This document shows positions 63,230 through 64,000 of a stretch of DNA of 64,000 nucleotides, piece after piece. How positions within the stretch are numbered: the stretch's first letter is position 1; every line of letters starts with the position of its first letter. Source of the DNA: Octopus bimaculoides (Eukaryota); assembly GCF_001194135.2 (NCBI RefSeq), contig NC_068986.1:45718409-45782408 (forward strand), read 5' to 3'. Both the position numbers and the translations under genes were made by a program. The notes under the pieces are model-generated. The model saw only the letters and a list, made by a program, of their open reading frames with translations, was not told where the DNA came from and searched no databases.

Positions 63230-64000
63230 TAATTACATGTCCTAGTATTAATTACTGTTTGATTTTAACATCCTAGATTTCGTCAGATTCACTGTTAATT
63301 CTGACCTCATTCTTATAGTAATGTCAACAAAACTAAGAATGCTATATTCAACTTCCCATTTATAGAGAATGAACTTTTGCATTTCCTACAGTAGTTTCAA
63401 ACTCATATTGATGAACTAAATCAAGAAGCCTCATCTTAACTGCTTGACTTGCTAGAAATGGTAGCCATACCTCTCTGAAATGAACTTATTATATAGGAAC
63501 ACCTGAGGTACACTACGAATGTAAAAGTAGAGGTAGCCATACCAAGAACACCGGTATAAAAGATGTGTTCAATCAAGGTGTTTTATTTGTCCGCCCATCA
63601 AAATAAAATACATGAATATATACGTATATGTACATCTATGCTTCTGTGATTGCGTGCGTGCGTTTTTCCTTTGTTTTACTTCAGTGGATTCATATTACGC
63701 TTTAATCAAAATATATGAGAAATATTATTTTCTTTATAAAATATGTAAATTTGAAGCTACAGCAAATACATACATAGACGTTAACGAACAGTTTGTACAC
63801 ACTCTCCAAGCACTTATATGCATGTGTAGTTTAGTCATAGCTAGTGGTTCAAATTTCAGCTTGCTAAGTGAATGAGTTCCTAGTAGCTTATATGCGTGCC
63901 TAACCTGCTCGTTGCTCATTGATCAAAATTTAGCTCGTTATGCAAGTATAATTTTCTTCGAGAAACTGTTCGCTATTCAGTTTGTTCGTATGAAGAATTG

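Noticed and set aside
63530-63600. Possible signal-peptide exon ending ..FYTGVL-G|gtatgg
   Set aside because: In-frame TAA a few codons upstream and no ATG.

Overview
AT-rich, microsatellite-dense animal genomic DNA with scaffold gaps. The repeat families look like those of octopus (inference, not verified). The supplied ORF track is almost all noise from microsatellites, gaps and dead transposons. Reading the minus strand by hand for splice signals gave 13 short coding exons between 6804 and 61037, none of which the ORF track calls as an exon. All have GT-AG boundaries and splice into one 1100-nt stop-free frame: [366 protein letters not shown]. This is six tandem ~53-60-aa modules with consensus C-x6/7-C-x7..15-C-x8-C-x5-C-x14-C. 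Each module is encoded by an exon pair (phase 1-2 then 2-1), and the chain ends in a hydrophobic GPI/TM-like tail. Cysteines are lost in pairs in modules 1 and 4, implying C1-C5, C2-C4, C3-C6 disulfides. The start/signal-peptide exon was not found. I do not recognise the family. The introns hold several tRNA-derived SINE families, Tx1/L1, RTE, CR1, R4/Dong, HERO and Penelope remnants, four Tc1/mariner-type elements or fragments plus a mariner MITE, a hAT MITE, a Helitron, and a two-copy MITE with a head-to-head telomere-repeat core.
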